64,000 nt of DNA. Origin: Lama glama. Lineage: Eukaryota. The position numbers were made by a program, and so were the translations under genes. Location of the stretch: positions 22,074,001 to 22,138,000 of the forward strand of contig CM052817.1 in assembly GCA_028534125.1 (NCBI GenBank). The letters run 5' to 3'. Position 1 is the first letter of the stretch, and every line of letters starts with the position of its first letter. This document shows positions 63,991 to 64,000 of this stretch, piece by piece. The notes under the pieces were generated by a model. The model searched no databases. It had not been told where the DNA came from and was given only the letters and a program-made list of their open reading frames with translations.

Positions 63991-64000
63991 TTCTAGTTCA

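Noticed and set aside
1..64000. CRISPR arrays, operons, tRNA/rRNA genes or other novel multi-gene systems
   Set aside because: No regularly spaced repeats with spacers, no long ORFs and no recognisable structural RNA genes. The sequence is ordinary mammalian non-coding DNA.

Overview
AT-rich, CpG-depleted mammalian non-coding DNA, either intergenic or a long intron. A large part of it is recognisable as decayed interspersed repeats: L1, L2, MIR, MaLR/ERVL LTRs and MER20, plus microsatellites. I find no credible protein-coding gene, RNA gene or prokaryote-type system. The ORFs in the track are short and are either chance ORFs or TE remnants, for example the L1 ORF2 C-terminus at 36106-36357 and 42579-42776. 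The younger L1 3' ends, together with no recognisable Alu, B1, Bov-tA/BovB, PRE-1 or SINEC, suggest a cetartiodactyl, most likely a camelid (inference). Best leads: (1) a 5'-inverted, internally deleted L1 with TSDs at 6820-8040; (2) a CpG-retaining unique segment with an ATG-initiated 20-codon frame ending at a splice donor, 38720-39200; (3) a textbook-looking 9-nt microexon or recursive splice configuration at 48511-48609; (4) a ~100-bp polyadenylated, TSD-flanked non-TE insertion inside an MLT1 LTR at 62087-62220. Repeat family names come from recalled consensus sequences, not a database search. Boundaries of old elements are approximate.
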